IMG/VR virus record: IMGVR_UViG_3300015615_000196
Span: 96,001 to 160,000 of that record
Source: a virus
Taxonomy: Duplodnaviria; Caudoviricetes
DNA: 64,000 nucleotides
Strand: one strand, 5' to 3'
Made by a program: the position numbers and the translations under genes. Below are positions 54,246-63,941 of this stretch, piece by piece; positions within the stretch are counted from its first letter, which is position 1, and each line of letters starts with the position of its first letter. The notes beneath the pieces are model-generated. The model had not been told where the DNA came from. It did no database searches and worked only from the letters and a program-made list of their open reading frames with translations.

Positions 54246-54280
54246 AAAAAAAGACCGCTTCGCTGGCGGTCTTTTTTATT
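54246..54280. terminator. bidirectional intrinsic terminator
   Basis: AAAAAAGACCGC-TTCGCTG-GCGGTCTTTTTT. Confidence 0.85.
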
Positions 54281-54295
54281 TACGGTAGGTTTCGA

Positions 54296-54535
54296 TTAAG
54301 CCATTGTGTACTTAACGACCTTCGTGCCTTTCTGGTTCACGATGTTCGTCTTGATGTTGGTGTAGCCGTCATTCAAGCGAAGATCAGAAATTGTCGCTCT
54401 CAAGTTTTCAACTCCGAAACGAGTTCTTGCAGTTTCGTAAGTGAGCGTCTTACCAGCTTTCAAAGCACTCAATACTTGAGCCTTCTTTGCGGTCTTCGTT
54501 TTACCCGTGTTCTTTGTCGTCTTAGTTTTTGACAT
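54296..54535 (-). CDS. small basic helix-turn-helix-like DNA-binding protein
   Basis: VLSALKAGKTLT..ARTRFGVENLRATISDLR..GY. Confidence 0.65.
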   Translation of the reverse strand: MSKTKTTKNTGKTKTAKKAQVLSALKAGKTLTYETARTRFGVENLRATISDLRLNDGYTNIKTNIVNQKGTKVVKYTMA

Positions 54536-54599
54536 AGTAGTAAATGTTAAAATGAAGTTATGAACTGTAAATATAAGGCTAAAATCTGGAATTCCAAAT

Positions 54600-55331
54600 T
54601 TATCGCTCTAATTGTTCTTGAGAATATACCGTTAATTTTGACCAGTCGGCATCAAAAATTTCATCAGCCAGACCAAAGTCAACGGCCTCTTTTGCAGTAA
54701 GATATACGTCCTCTTCTTTGTCCATACGATTACGGAGCCACTTCTTTATTTGAATCTGGCTCTTGTCTTTCATACTTCCACCGAATTTCATTGATCGGGC
54801 GTAGATGTCCAACATGGTTTTTTCAGCCAGTTTATCAAACTTGACGGCTGATCGTACTTGCTTTACCGTACCCTCAATGCCCATTGTCCCGTCATGGAAC
54901 AGGAAGTAACTATTGGGCATCATTACCCTCTTATTCCCTGCTTGAAAGATCAACGATGACATTGATCGTGCATGGCTGTAGTTGAGGATGGTTACAGGCC
55001 AAGGGAATGATCGAATAGCATCATAGATCGCCATACCTTCCGTCCAATCTCCCCCACATGTTTTCATATGGATCACCAATGGTATCTCAGGATTCACACG
55101 CATACAAACGTTTAGGTTTCTGATGAATCGGTTTGCCATTACAAACTCCACACCCGGTTCATTTGTTTCTTGATGACCTACTCCTGTTATGTACGACTCA
55201 ATACCGAAAAGGTAAATATGATTCGATTTTAAATCAAGGTCGCCCTCCAAAACGTAGTAGAGAGGATCGTCCTGTTTAAACTTCAACTTATGGTCTAACT
55301 TATAGTTTTTTTCTTCTTTGCTTCTTCCCAT
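54600..55331 (-). CDS. ClpP-like protease
   Basis: GGDWTEGMAIYD, ARSMSSLI (Ser), LFHDG (His), DVYLTAKEAVDFGLAD. Confidence 0.88.
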   Translation of the reverse strand: MGRSKEEKNYKLDHKLKFKQDDPLYYVLEGDLDLKSNHIYLFGIESYITGVGHQETNEPGVEFVMANRFIRNLNVCMRVNPEIPLVIHMKTCGGDWTEGMAIYDAIRSFPWPVTILNYSHARSMSSLIFQAGNKRVMMPNSYFLFHDGTMGIEGTVKQVRSAVKFDKLAEKTMLDIYARSMKFGGSMKDKSQIQIKKWLRNRMDKEEDVYLTAKEAVDFGLADEIFDADWSKLTVYSQEQLER

Positions 55332-55332
55332 G

Positions 55333-56163
55333 TTAAAATGCTCTTGACATAATCATGTTAACTTCGTTGCTGTAGTCATCACATGGAATAATCTGGTAGT
55401 TCTCGTTAACCTCATTGAACCACACGATGTAGCAACCATCGATTTTAATTCCTATATTCCGCTCAAGAATTCTTTTGTATGTCGTTAACTGTAAGCAGTA
55501 GATACTGTATTCACAGTCCGGCAAGTGGGATACGATCCCTTTCAAATTCTTTCGGAACTTGCTTTCCTTATTGAGTTCCTTGTTCGTCTTCCAATCCCAT
55601 ACTTGAAAACATTGCTTCTTCACATTCCAGAAAAGAATGTCCATCATCCCTGCCAATTCCCACTCTTCATCGAAGACAACGAATTCAGTTTTGATCGGAA
55701 TCAGTTTTCCGTTTGTGTCAGCGTGAAACTTGTCAACGTATTTTATTACGATGTCGTATTCCTCTTTCACAGTTTTCTCGCCACGAGATTTCAGAATGTC
55801 AATGTTTTCCTTCCCTAACTTTGCATCGGCAAGTTCCGGGTCAAACTTGTACACTTTGTTGTTGAACAGTAGTTCAGCGTAATTGTGCACGGCTGATCCC
55901 TTTACTTGGGACTTAATGTTGAGGGCTTTCCAATACGCAAGAACTTGATCCTGCGTCATCTTCAATTCACCTTTCTTGATGTTCGACCAATAGTATTCAT
56001 CGAATTCTTCTTGGTACTTATGTAACATCGTAGTCACCGAAATTAAGTTCTTGTCGCCCACAAAGTATTTGTGAACATCATCATGAAACTTGATTCCGTT
56101 GAACTTAGTAAATAATTCCATCGGGATTGGAACACCAGTCCAATCACTTCGCAATTCACCCAT
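55333..56163 (-). CDS. PD-(D/E)xK exonuclease
   Basis: HKY, ISVTT, GSAVH, AGMMD, DWKT, YCLQLTTY. Confidence 0.85.
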   Translation of the reverse strand: MGELRSDWTGVPIPMELFTKFNGIKFHDDVHKYFVGDKNLISVTTMLHKYQEEFDEYYWSNIKKGELKMTQDQVLAYWKALNIKSQVKGSAVHNYAELLFNNKVYKFDPELADAKLGKENIDILKSRGEKTVKEEYDIVIKYVDKFHADTNGKLIPIKTEFVVFDEEWELAGMMDILFWNVKKQCFQVWDWKTNKELNKESKFRKNLKGIVSHLPDCEYSIYCLQLTTYKRILERNIGIKIDGCYIVWFNEVNENYQIIPCDDYSNEVNMIMSRAF

Positions 56164-56175
56164 TTAGCAAATATA

Positions 56176-57078
56176 TTAATTAATCCTGATATTTGGCTGC
56201 AAAATCTTCGAAAAATCAATGTTTTGTAACTGATTGATTATACCTGACTTATCTGCCGGAAGACCAGAATATCCGTGTATGTGTTGGAGAATGGCATCAC
56301 GTATAACCTCAAGGGCTTCTACTGCAAGGTCGCCACGCATCATTGGGTGACCCTCGTTAAAAATACGATCCATGTCCGTTTTCTCTAACCCATTTGACTT
56401 GAACTTAGGGATACCGTCATGTGATAGTAACGCAATCTTATCAGCCATCATCACGGATGTGCTTAGTGTTGTTTTTGTATTGTTGTTGTTTGGTAGCTGG
56501 AAAAAATTCATTTGGAGGAACGCAGGATTCTCTTTGTTCAATGCCAAAATGTTGTCGATTTGGTGTTTACCAGCACGGATTAACACCTCTTTATCTTTTA
56601 ATAAAACGTCCGTGTTCTTTCTCCCTACAAGGGCAATGTCTTCGTTGTCCGGGAATACTCCGATAGCGTCCGGGATAGAAGACGGGTTCTTGTCAGGATT
56701 GACAACAGAAACGTTTGTAGTTGCTAATGCTGTGAAGTAACCATCGTAAGGAATTTTGTGTGGTTGTGAGATTACACTTCCAATCCAATGTCTTCCTCTT
56801 TGAGGGTAGCGAGTATCTTCAAGGAAAATACGAACAACCTCTCCTACCTGTGGAAGTATCCAAAAATGCTTTGGAAGCATCGGCATTGCCAATGGAAGTT
56901 GGGCATCGTTTGTTTTAGTATCCAAGTCAGGAATACGTGCTGCAATACGACCACCTTCGGCAGTATCGACAATACTAACCACCTCACCGTAGTAGACGTT
57001 TCTAACCGGATTCTCTTTGTTAGTTTGCTTCTTGTACGGGTTACTGGTCTGAATGTAATGTTTGTCGTAGCCGTTCAT
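56176..57078 (-). CDS. baseplate spike/hub protein with gp5-like OB domain
   Basis: GEVVSIVD..GRIAARIP..PQVGEVV..HWIG. Confidence 0.75.
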   Translation of the reverse strand: MNGYDKHYIQTSNPYKKQTNKENPVRNVYYGEVVSIVDTAEGGRIAARIPDLDTKTNDAQLPLAMPMLPKHFWILPQVGEVVRIFLEDTRYPQRGRHWIGSVISQPHKIPYDGYFTALATTNVSVVNPDKNPSSIPDAIGVFPDNEDIALVGRKNTDVLLKDKEVLIRAGKHQIDNILALNKENPAFLQMNFFQLPNNNNTKTTLSTSVMMADKIALLSHDGIPKFKSNGLEKTDMDRIFNEGHPMMRGDLAVEALEVIRDAILQHIHGYSGLPADKSGIINQLQNIDFSKILQPNIRIN

Positions 57079-57278
57079 TAGTCAATGATGTTTTTTAGGT
57101 TCGCAGCGTATTGCTCTTCAATGTTATAAAGTTCTTGTTCAAGAGTATTGTATTGCTCTTCAAGTATCTTGTTTGCTTCAACGATCTTGAGCATTTCATT
57201 CTTTACTTGTTCGTGACGATCCTGCAACGACTTTGAAATCTTGAGATATTCTTCTTTGCTTACTTTTACTTCTTCCAT
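57078..57278 (-). CDS. small coiled-coil protein
   Basis: 66 aa, coupled to next gene. Confidence 0.65.
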   Translation of the reverse strand: MEEVKVSKEEYLKISKSLQDRHEQVKNEMLKIVEANKILEEQYNTLEQELYNIEEQYAANLKNIID

Positions 57279-57280
57279 AG

Positions 57281-57688
57281 TTACTGAATTACACCGTAGG
57301 CGGTCGTTAATGTGATGGTTGAACCAATAACGTTTACTGGCCCCGAAGGTGAAGAACCAGCAGCCGTAAGGGTTGTACCCGGTGGTACGGCAACAGTGAT
57401 CTTTGCATCTTCTTGAAGTGCTTTGATTATCTCTTCAACACGGATACGCTCCATAAGTTCATCTGGACTCACTCCACCGCTCGGCAATGCACCAACAGGA
57501 AGACCAGCTTCGGTCTTACGCTGAATAATACGGCTTGCAATCTTGGTAGGTGATAGTCCTGATCTGGTCGGTGAACCAATCAAAATCAAAGGTGTAGGCA
57601 CGGTCGTAGCCGACCCACCTTGAATCTTCAAGATTTTCTTGATACCGTTGAGTATAGATGTGAACTTACTAAAGTCGATTTCTGCCAT
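57281..57688 (-). CDS. hypothetical protein (baseplate-gene neighbourhood)
   Basis: 135 aa, GLSPTKIASRII. Confidence 0.7.
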   Translation of the reverse strand: MAEIDFSKFTSILNGIKKILKIQGGSATTVPTPLILIGSPTRSGLSPTKIASRIIQRKTEAGLPVGALPSGGVSPDELMERIRVEEIIKALQEDAKITVAVPPGTTLTAAGSSPSGPVNVIGSTITLTTAYGVIQ

Positions 57689-57694
57689 ACTCTT

Positions 57695-58999
57695 TTAGAA
57701 CAAACTTTGGATGATGCGAATAAACGCTTGTAATTTCTCTTGAACAATGATCGTTACCACAGGGATAACCAACTTGATCAATTCAGCCTTGAGAAGGTTG
57801 AATATAAACTCATTCACTAAAGCCCCCGAAGCGTCTGACAAACACTTGATAAAGTTCTTTTGCGAGTTAATGTCATCGGCAGGGTTGTGAGGGAAGTTAA
57901 CGTTGTCGTTGTTTTTGAAACCATTGAGCATCATCATCAAAACACGGATTTGCGGTGTTGATGTTAATGCAAAAACAATGGCTGCGGTGATTGTCTTGAT
58001 TAGTCTCTTAAAGAAGCCATCACGTACAGCATTCTTGTTTTGTGGATTTACTTGTGCTGGATTCTTGCCGAAACTTTTCTCCATCAAATTATTGTAGGAG
58101 TTACCAACCTGAACTGGATCGGTGCTACCCGTATTTGTTCTAATTAAGTCTTCAATGTCGGATAATGAAATATCGCTATCAATGATAGAACAACCAACAT
58201 CCACAGGAACAAGACCAAGTGATTTATTCTTGGCAAGTTCTTGAAGTGCTGCAAGTTCATCATCACTCAATACTGCGGTGTCATCACCTTCAATAAGTTT
58301 TTGAATAAGTGCACGAATCTTCTCTTCCTCTGCCATTGAGTTCAATGGTTTCTTCGAACCTTTTGAGGCAGTGCCGTAGATCGTATCCAATACGGTTGTA
58401 GTAAATTCTTTCTCGTCAATCAACTTGAGGTCGGGATGATCAATATAACCCGTCACGAATGATCCAATGGTCTGTGAAGGGTTGAGGGGTTTAACAGTCA
58501 TCTTATCAAGTGCACTGTCGTAGTTCATCTTAATGTTACCGAAGGTTACATCCGTTCCCGGACTTACCATTGCATCGTATGCTTTCTTGTCAAATCCTGC
58601 TGGTGAATCAGCGTAGAGCAATGATCCAGATGCCGATGCAGGATCGGTCTTTAACTTATTAAAAAGGTCTATCTTCTTTACGGGCACGGCATATCCAGAA
58701 GCAAAGCCAGAAGGTAGCGTTGCATTTGAATTGAATGTTACCGATTGTTTTTTGAGGTTGGTCTTGAGATCGGGTTCTACTGTACGAACGAACTTCGTCA
58801 TCACATTTCCTGTTGTTCGTTGCAATGCCTCACTACCGATGGTAGCGGTAAGCAAATCGAGCATGAATGGGACTGGTTCGTTTTTTGTGTTTACAGATGG
58901 GTACGTAAAATTTGGATCGGGTAGCTTGGCAGTTTTGCCAATTGAATTCATAACCCCGATGTCAGTAACAATGGATTGTTTGTCATTTACGATACTCAT
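57695..58999 (-). CDS. hypothetical protein
   Basis: 434-aa ORF. Confidence 0.75.
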   Translation of the reverse strand: MSIVNDKQSIVTDIGVMNSIGKTAKLPDPNFTYPSVNTKNEPVPFMLDLLTATIGSEALQRTTGNVMTKFVRTVEPDLKTNLKKQSVTFNSNATLPSGFASGYAVPVKKIDLFNKLKTDPASASGSLLYADSPAGFDKKAYDAMVSPGTDVTFGNIKMNYDSALDKMTVKPLNPSQTIGSFVTGYIDHPDLKLIDEKEFTTTVLDTIYGTASKGSKKPLNSMAEEEKIRALIQKLIEGDDTAVLSDDELAALQELAKNKSLGLVPVDVGCSIIDSDISLSDIEDLIRTNTGSTDPVQVGNSYNNLMEKSFGKNPAQVNPQNKNAVRDGFFKRLIKTITAAIVFALTSTPQIRVLMMMLNGFKNNDNVNFPHNPADDINSQKNFIKCLSDASGALVNEFIFNLLKAELIKLVIPVVTIIVQEKLQAFIRIIQSLF

Positions 59000-59151
59000 T
59001 TTGTTGTGACTATTTTAGTATTAAAATATTAGCGAGAGTTATAATATGTGCGACAATTGCACATTATTAACCAAGGTCATAACCTCACCTTTGCGTTTCA
59101 TCCCATAGCGGGAGTGTTTAACACAACTAACACTTAACTTTTTTAATGTTA

Positions 59152-59544
59152 TTATATCTGTATTTCACCACGTTCTCTGGCTTCCTGAATCAATTGTCTC
59201 AACTTATCTTTCGAATCGTCTGACAATGTTTCGGTTGCATCTGCTGTTTTAGATGATGATGTTTTACCTTGTCCACTGGCTCCTTTATCCTTAAAGACAA
59301 TATCACTCAACACTTTCATTAACGTAATTTTCTGGTCTTGGTTTCTTGCAAGAGCATTGATAAGTGCAACGATCTCTTTACCAGTAGCTGCGATTTCACC
59401 TTGTTCCTTTACCTTCGAATTCCAGTTGTTGAACAATGCAATGATCGTTGATCTGATTTGATGTGCATCATTGTATGTCTCCTGCATTAAAGACTTAACG
59501 CTTTCTTCGTTGATTTCAATCTGTTTTCTCTTAATACGTGCCAT
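59152..59544 (-). CDS. hypothetical helical protein
   Basis: ATG at 59544 downstream of CTATTTAT motif. Confidence 0.7.
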   Translation of the reverse strand: MARIKRKQIEINEESVKSLMQETYNDAHQIRSTIIALFNNWNSKVKEQGEIAATGKEIVALINALARNQDQKITLMKVLSDIVFKDKGASGQGKTSSSKTADATETLSDDSKDKLRQLIQEARERGEIQI

Positions 59545-59580
59545 ATTCTTAGTTTTGCTAATAAATAGTTCAGGCAAGAA

Positions 59581-60474
59581 TTAATTTTCGTTGAAAAAGC
59601 CGTTCTTTTCAAGGAAATAGAGTTCTCTGAATTGCTTCATCGAAGAACGTATCTCTTTGGTTGTGAGGCTGGTTTGTTCTTTCAAATAGAGTAAAATCTT
59701 GTTCTTAGTATAGTTGTTGGAGACCTTTCGGCCATACTTACCGTATGTGCCTTCCTCCAAGAACAGCACGTTCCAATTCAAAAGTACGTTGATAATGGCT
59801 TCACCTACAATGATCTCGTTTTTCTTGAGGGTCTTATCCGTATCGATTTTAACACGAAGACTTTCAATGATCTTGTTGATCAACTCCTGCAACTCAAGGT
59901 CATTGCTGTGATCCATTTCGTACATGTATTCTTCCTTGGTCTCAATTTCTTCATGGAAGTCTTCGAAGGCAAGGTTCTGAATTTTTTCATTGTAGCTTTT
60001 CTTTCCGTGATCACGGAAAAAGTTTCGAACAATGGTTTGGCAGTAGCTGAATGCTTTCGAACTGAATATTCGATAGTTATTCTTGTTGTCACCACTGATG
60101 TAATCCTTCAAACCCTTCTCGGCATCTTCAATGTAGAAGTACTTTCCTTCTGCACCACACTTATTCCACTTATCATCGTCTTCGGCTTTCTTGCTTCTGT
60201 ATTCAATAATAAACGGGCGGTATTTTACCATCTGCTCAATTAAGTGAGAAGTAGCATAGAATTCCAAATCCTCAGTCTCATAGTTACCAATGTGAATAGG
60301 GTAACGTCTGAGAATGGATTCAATCATTCTCTTGAATGGTTTTTGTAGAATATCCTTGTAGAGTTTATTTCGTTCATCATGTGAATTAGTCATCACATAA
60401 CGAAGTGCTGCCTCTTCTTCTCTTTCTGCAAAATATAGTTTTGTGGTATCACTACTTTTCTTTTTTCTTGGCAT
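59581..60474 (-). CDS. putative phage sigma factor (gp55-like late sigma)
   Basis: YF..REEEA..RY, RMIESILRRY, KAFSYCQTIVRN resembling sigma region 2 of T4-like late sigma factors. Confidence 0.65.
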   Translation of the reverse strand: MPRKKKSSDTTKLYFAEREEEAALRYVMTNSHDERNKLYKDILQKPFKRMIESILRRYPIHIGNYETEDLEFYATSHLIEQMVKYRPFIIEYRSKKAEDDDKWNKCGAEGKYFYIEDAEKGLKDYISGDNKNNYRIFSSKAFSYCQTIVRNFFRDHGKKSYNEKIQNLAFEDFHEEIETKEEYMYEMDHSNDLELQELINKIIESLRVKIDTDKTLKKNEIIVGEAIINVLLNWNVLFLEEGTYGKYGRKVSNNYTKNKILLYLKEQTSLTTKEIRSSMKQFRELYFLEKNGFFNEN

Positions 60475-60498
60475 ATCATAAACACAGAGAAGATCAGA

Positions 60499-61320
60499 TT
60501 ATTGTTGCACTGGTTCTGCAACTACTGCCTTCCTTGCATCGATGATACGGTCGTTGAAAAAGTGTGATTCCTTCTTTGCGGTTTCAAACCAAAATCTTCT
60601 GTCGTCTTGGGTTAAGATCGCACCAAGTCCCATGAACAAACTTCCATCACGGTTGATGGTGTGCTTGTATCCATACTTCGGAATAACATATATCTTGTTA
60701 CCGTTGTTCAAGAATCTCAAGATGAATTCGTATGAGAACGATAACACGATGTTTGATTTCAAACCACCGACAGCCAAGAAGTCTTGAGTGTTGATAACTG
60801 CACCACCAAGAGTATAGAATGAAAACTCATTCAATGATCTTGAGTTGAGGTATCCCAACACACCGTTTTCTCCAACGTATCCGTTCGACCAGATATTTTG
60901 GTTCACGAGTTGGAGTGGCATACCCGTCTTGTCGTCCGTATCAATTGTGATCGGTAAGAACATAGACACGTCCTTCAACTTCGCAGCATACTTCTCTGCG
61001 TTTCTGAAATAAATGATGCCGTACTCGTCATCAAATTCAAGAATAGAGAAATACTTTGTCTTCACGCTCTTTGCAGCGAAAGTGATTTGACCACAGAAGT
61101 CAGTCTTCTCTTCGTTCTTCAACGTAGTAACACGTTCTCCGTAGTTTCTTTCTGCAAGGTAATTCAACAACCCGCCTTCTTCGGCTCTGTGGCTGTATAC
61201 GATTAGTAACTCAGGAGTTGCATCCACCTGCTTCATGAGTGAGTTGATGGCCAAGTCTAAGTACTTCTCAGTACCTTCAATAAATTCGTGGATTGGCAAT
61301 ATTGCTGTGATATTATTCAT
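60499..61320 (-). CDS. glycosyltransferase family 2-like
   Basis: TAILP, AINSL, YFSILEFDD, YEFILR. Confidence 0.8.
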   Translation of the reverse strand: MNNITAILPIHEFIEGTEKYLDLAINSLMKQVDATPELLIVYSHRAEEGGLLNYLAERNYGERVTTLKNEEKTDFCGQITFAAKSVKTKYFSILEFDDEYGIIYFRNAEKYAAKLKDVSMFLPITIDTDDKTGMPLQLVNQNIWSNGYVGENGVLGYLNSRSLNEFSFYTLGGAVINTQDFLAVGGLKSNIVLSFSYEFILRFLNNGNKIYVIPKYGYKHTINRDGSLFMGLGAILTQDDRRFWFETAKKESHFFNDRIIDARKAVVAEPVQQ

Positions 61321-61345
61321 TTTCTTATTTAAGTTTTAGGTTGAA

Positions 61346-62488
61346 TTATGCTTGTGATTCAGCAGGAGCCGTTTCGGTCTTTGTTTCCTGTGCTTCTAAT
61401 GCTTCAAGCGTCTTATTTAACGAATCAACTCTTTCATTGAAATACGTGGTGTAGATCGCAATCAATTGATTCTTTGAAACCTCCGGTGAATACGCATCCG
61501 TGATCTTCTTCATGTCTGCATATACGTTTGCTCCGATTTCGTCATCAAGGAACTTTCTGAGCGTGTCTGCAATAAGTCCCGGAATTTGATAAAAGTCATC
61601 GCTCCACACTCCGCAATTCTCAAGTGCCTTTCCATCCGGCCCAATCAAATATTCAGGAGTTACATCAGGAAGAAGAGAGATCGGCACAGTGCCAACCTTC
61701 ATACATTCAAGAGGGAAAAGTGCGTGGCTTGAAATTCTATCCAACCACAATGCTGCGAAATTCTTTCCGAGTCTGTCAGCAAAGTCTTTACGTCTCAAAT
61801 GCTTCGGTGGCTTCGAATCCGTTACAAGCGGTTCAAAGTTGATCCATCTGTATTGCGGGAATTTAGCGAAGAACAACTTCACGATCTTATCAAGTTCTCT
61901 CTCGTTTCTTACCAAGATAGAAATGACCGGACGCTTCAACTCTTCCTTGTTCTGGAAGTAGTCTGGAACCGATACATTGTAAGAACGAATACGAAACTTT
62001 CCTTTTCCGAAGAACTCTTCAACGAAACGTTCCATCGTCTTGCTGGTAGTTAAAACGTTGTTTATACCAAACGTAGTCCAGTCAAAACCCGGAAGCAATG
62101 CCTTCGTAGCATTGTCGATAGACTGGAACAATACGACTCTCATGCAAGGCAATTTCTTGGTTTGCTCCATTACGTTCGTGAAGATTTCAGGAATCACGAG
62201 CATATCTTCGGGAGAAACACTAATACCAGCAGAATCAGCAGCGACATGTTCCAAATCCAACAATTCAGGTTCAATGAAGTCGGGCTTCACGAACTTTCCT
62301 GTTTCGGTTAAAATCACTACGTTATAGCCGAGACTTTTAAGTACCGTACCATGAAAGTAGATTTCATAAATTGATGCAGCAGGTGCGCCCTGTAAGTCAG
62401 GAAGGAAGAACATGATCTTGTTCTTCTTGCTCTCCAAGTTTGCCAAAGAGAGTTTTAATTTTTCAATATTTGTTTTTTCTGCACTCAT
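61346..62488 (-). CDS. GT-B fold glycosyltransferase-like protein
   Basis: EIYFH..L..LGYNV, VIPEI, LFPLECMKVGTVPI. Confidence 0.7.
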   Translation of the reverse strand: MSAEKTNIEKLKLSLANLESKKNKIMFFLPDLQGAPAASIYEIYFHGTVLKSLGYNVVILTETGKFVKPDFIEPELLDLEHVAADSAGISVSPEDMLVIPEIFTNVMEQTKKLPCMRVVLFQSIDNATKALLPGFDWTTFGINNVLTTSKTMERFVEEFFGKGKFRIRSYNVSVPDYFQNKEELKRPVISILVRNERELDKIVKLFFAKFPQYRWINFEPLVTDSKPPKHLRRKDFADRLGKNFAALWLDRISSHALFPLECMKVGTVPISLLPDVTPEYLIGPDGKALENCGVWSDDFYQIPGLIADTLRKFLDDEIGANVYADMKKITDAYSPEVSKNQLIAIYTTYFNERVDSLNKTLEALEAQETKTETAPAESQA

Positions 62489-62489
62489 T

Positions 62490-63263
62490 TTATTGTGCGT
62501 TAAGGTTTAGTTTATTCACTACATAATCTCTGAAAACGTTTTTGGTTGCGTCTTCTTCGGTGGCTGCAATCAGTCCACCAATACCGTAGTCTTCTATATA
62601 ATCAGCAGTACTATCGGCATTATATATACGGGTCAGCTTGACAGTTGTCTTGCCTTCCGGTTTCTTATTTAAGATATTCGGATCGGTGGTAAGTACCCAA
62701 TCAAACTTATCCCATACTTCTTGATCATCATAAGCGATGAAAATGTTCTTTGCTTCAACACGCATCTTGCTCAAGAAGAACAATGTTGCAGGAATTGCAA
62801 CCTTTCTGGTCTTTGCATAGAAGTAGATGTCGAAGTACTTCTCGAACAACTTAATGAACGTGGTCATATCAACATCAGCATTCATATACAACTTCGGAGC
62901 ACTACCGTGAATTTCGAATACGAAGTCCTCATAAAGGAATTTCTCGAATACTTGTTGTGCTGTGAGCATTGTTTTCTCAGTATTGAATGCGAAGTCATCT
63001 ACACCAGCCTTACCTGTTTCCTGATTGACAACATATTCAGTAGGGGAAACCTTCTGCATGTTCTCGTCTTCCAAGAACTTCTCATTGAGGAAGTCTTCAA
63101 CCACTTCTGTGTCCTTAAACTCATAGTGGTTCATAAGGTCATAGGTGTCAAAGGGTTCTTTAATTCCCTGCTCCCCGAATTCATCTGCATAGTATCGATC
63201 AAACGCAAGCCACTTGGCTCTTAATACTTCGTCAATGTCGATACCTAATTTTGGTTTACTCAT
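62490..63263 (-). CDS. HAD-family 5'(3')-deoxyribonucleotidase-like protein
   Basis: LGIDIDEVLR motif I, YN near C-terminus. Confidence 0.7.
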   Translation of the reverse strand: MSKPKLGIDIDEVLRAKWLAFDRYYADEFGEQGIKEPFDTYDLMNHYEFKDTEVVEDFLNEKFLEDENMQKVSPTEYVVNQETGKAGVDDFAFNTEKTMLTAQQVFEKFLYEDFVFEIHGSAPKLYMNADVDMTTFIKLFEKYFDIYFYAKTRKVAIPATLFFLSKMRVEAKNIFIAYDDQEVWDKFDWVLTTDPNILNKKPEGKTTVKLTRIYNADSTADYIEDYGIGGLIAATEEDATKNVFRDYVVNKLNLNAQ

Positions 63264-63658
63264 AGTTCTTTTGGTTTTTTATGTGATACTGGAATAATGA
63301 TCACCGCATCTTCTACGGTAGTCGTCAATACATCGTTTACTTCGTTAACACCCTCACCCAAATAAATCGGATCAAGGTATACTTTGTAGTTCTTATCTTC
63401 TTGGGCAATGTGTTTTACAAAATCCTCAAGTCTCATTGCCGGAGAGTTTCTTGGTAAAGTGAACTTGTCACCTTGCATGTGTTCAGCATAATCCTCTGTT
63501 TCAGGATAAATCTGATAGAGCAAATGAAATTCACATCCTACTTCCTTTTCCATATTCGCAAGGAACTCAAGAATTCGAGCATGGCGTTCTGGATCGTGCA
63601 TTTTCTCACGAACTTCTGCCATCCTACGCTCATATTCTTCGTTAAAGTTCTTTCCCAT
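63260..63658 (-). CDS. hypothetical protein
   Basis: 132 aa in operon-like run. Confidence 0.7.
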   Translation of the reverse strand: MGKNFNEEYERRMAEVREKMHDPERHARILEFLANMEKEVGCEFHLLYQIYPETEDYAEHMQGDKFTLPRNSPAMRLEDFVKHIAQEDKNYKVYLDPIYLGEGVNEVNDVLTTTVEDAVIIIPVSHKKPKEL

Positions 63659-63941
63659 TGACCGGGGCTTTTTGTACGATGAAGTGATTTAAATTCTCAT
63701 TTAAGATTTCCAAATTTTTTCTGTATTGATCGAATAAATCCTGATCAAGAACATAATGTGGATTTATACATTCAAGTCTTGTTCCTTCCCCTCTTCTTGG
63801 AATGACGAACACGGTAGCATCAAGATTCCTTACCACTTCTTCCGGCAGTAATCCTTTTGAGACTCGTCTTACAAATTCAGTAACATCTTTATCTTCCATG
63901 TTACCAACATCCACATAAAGCACTAAAATCATGTTATCCAT
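63642..63941 (-). CDS. hypothetical protein
   Basis: 99 aa, ILVLYVDVGN..TRLECINP. Confidence 0.75.
   Translation of the reverse strand: MDNMILVLYVDVGNMEDKDVTEFVRRVSKGLLPEEVVRNLDATVFVIPRRGEGTRLECINPHYVLDQDLFDQYRKNLEILNENLNHFIVQKAPVNGKEL

Noticed and set aside
59020-59130. c-di-GMP-I riboswitch (AAAC...ACGCAAAG resemblance)
   Set aside because: GGCAAA start, GNRA tetraloop and receptor are not matched; kept only as an unassigned structured region.
10063-63661. Numerous antisense ORFs of 60-180 aa inside long genes
   Set aside because: Explained by codon bias of the sense gene; no independent signals.
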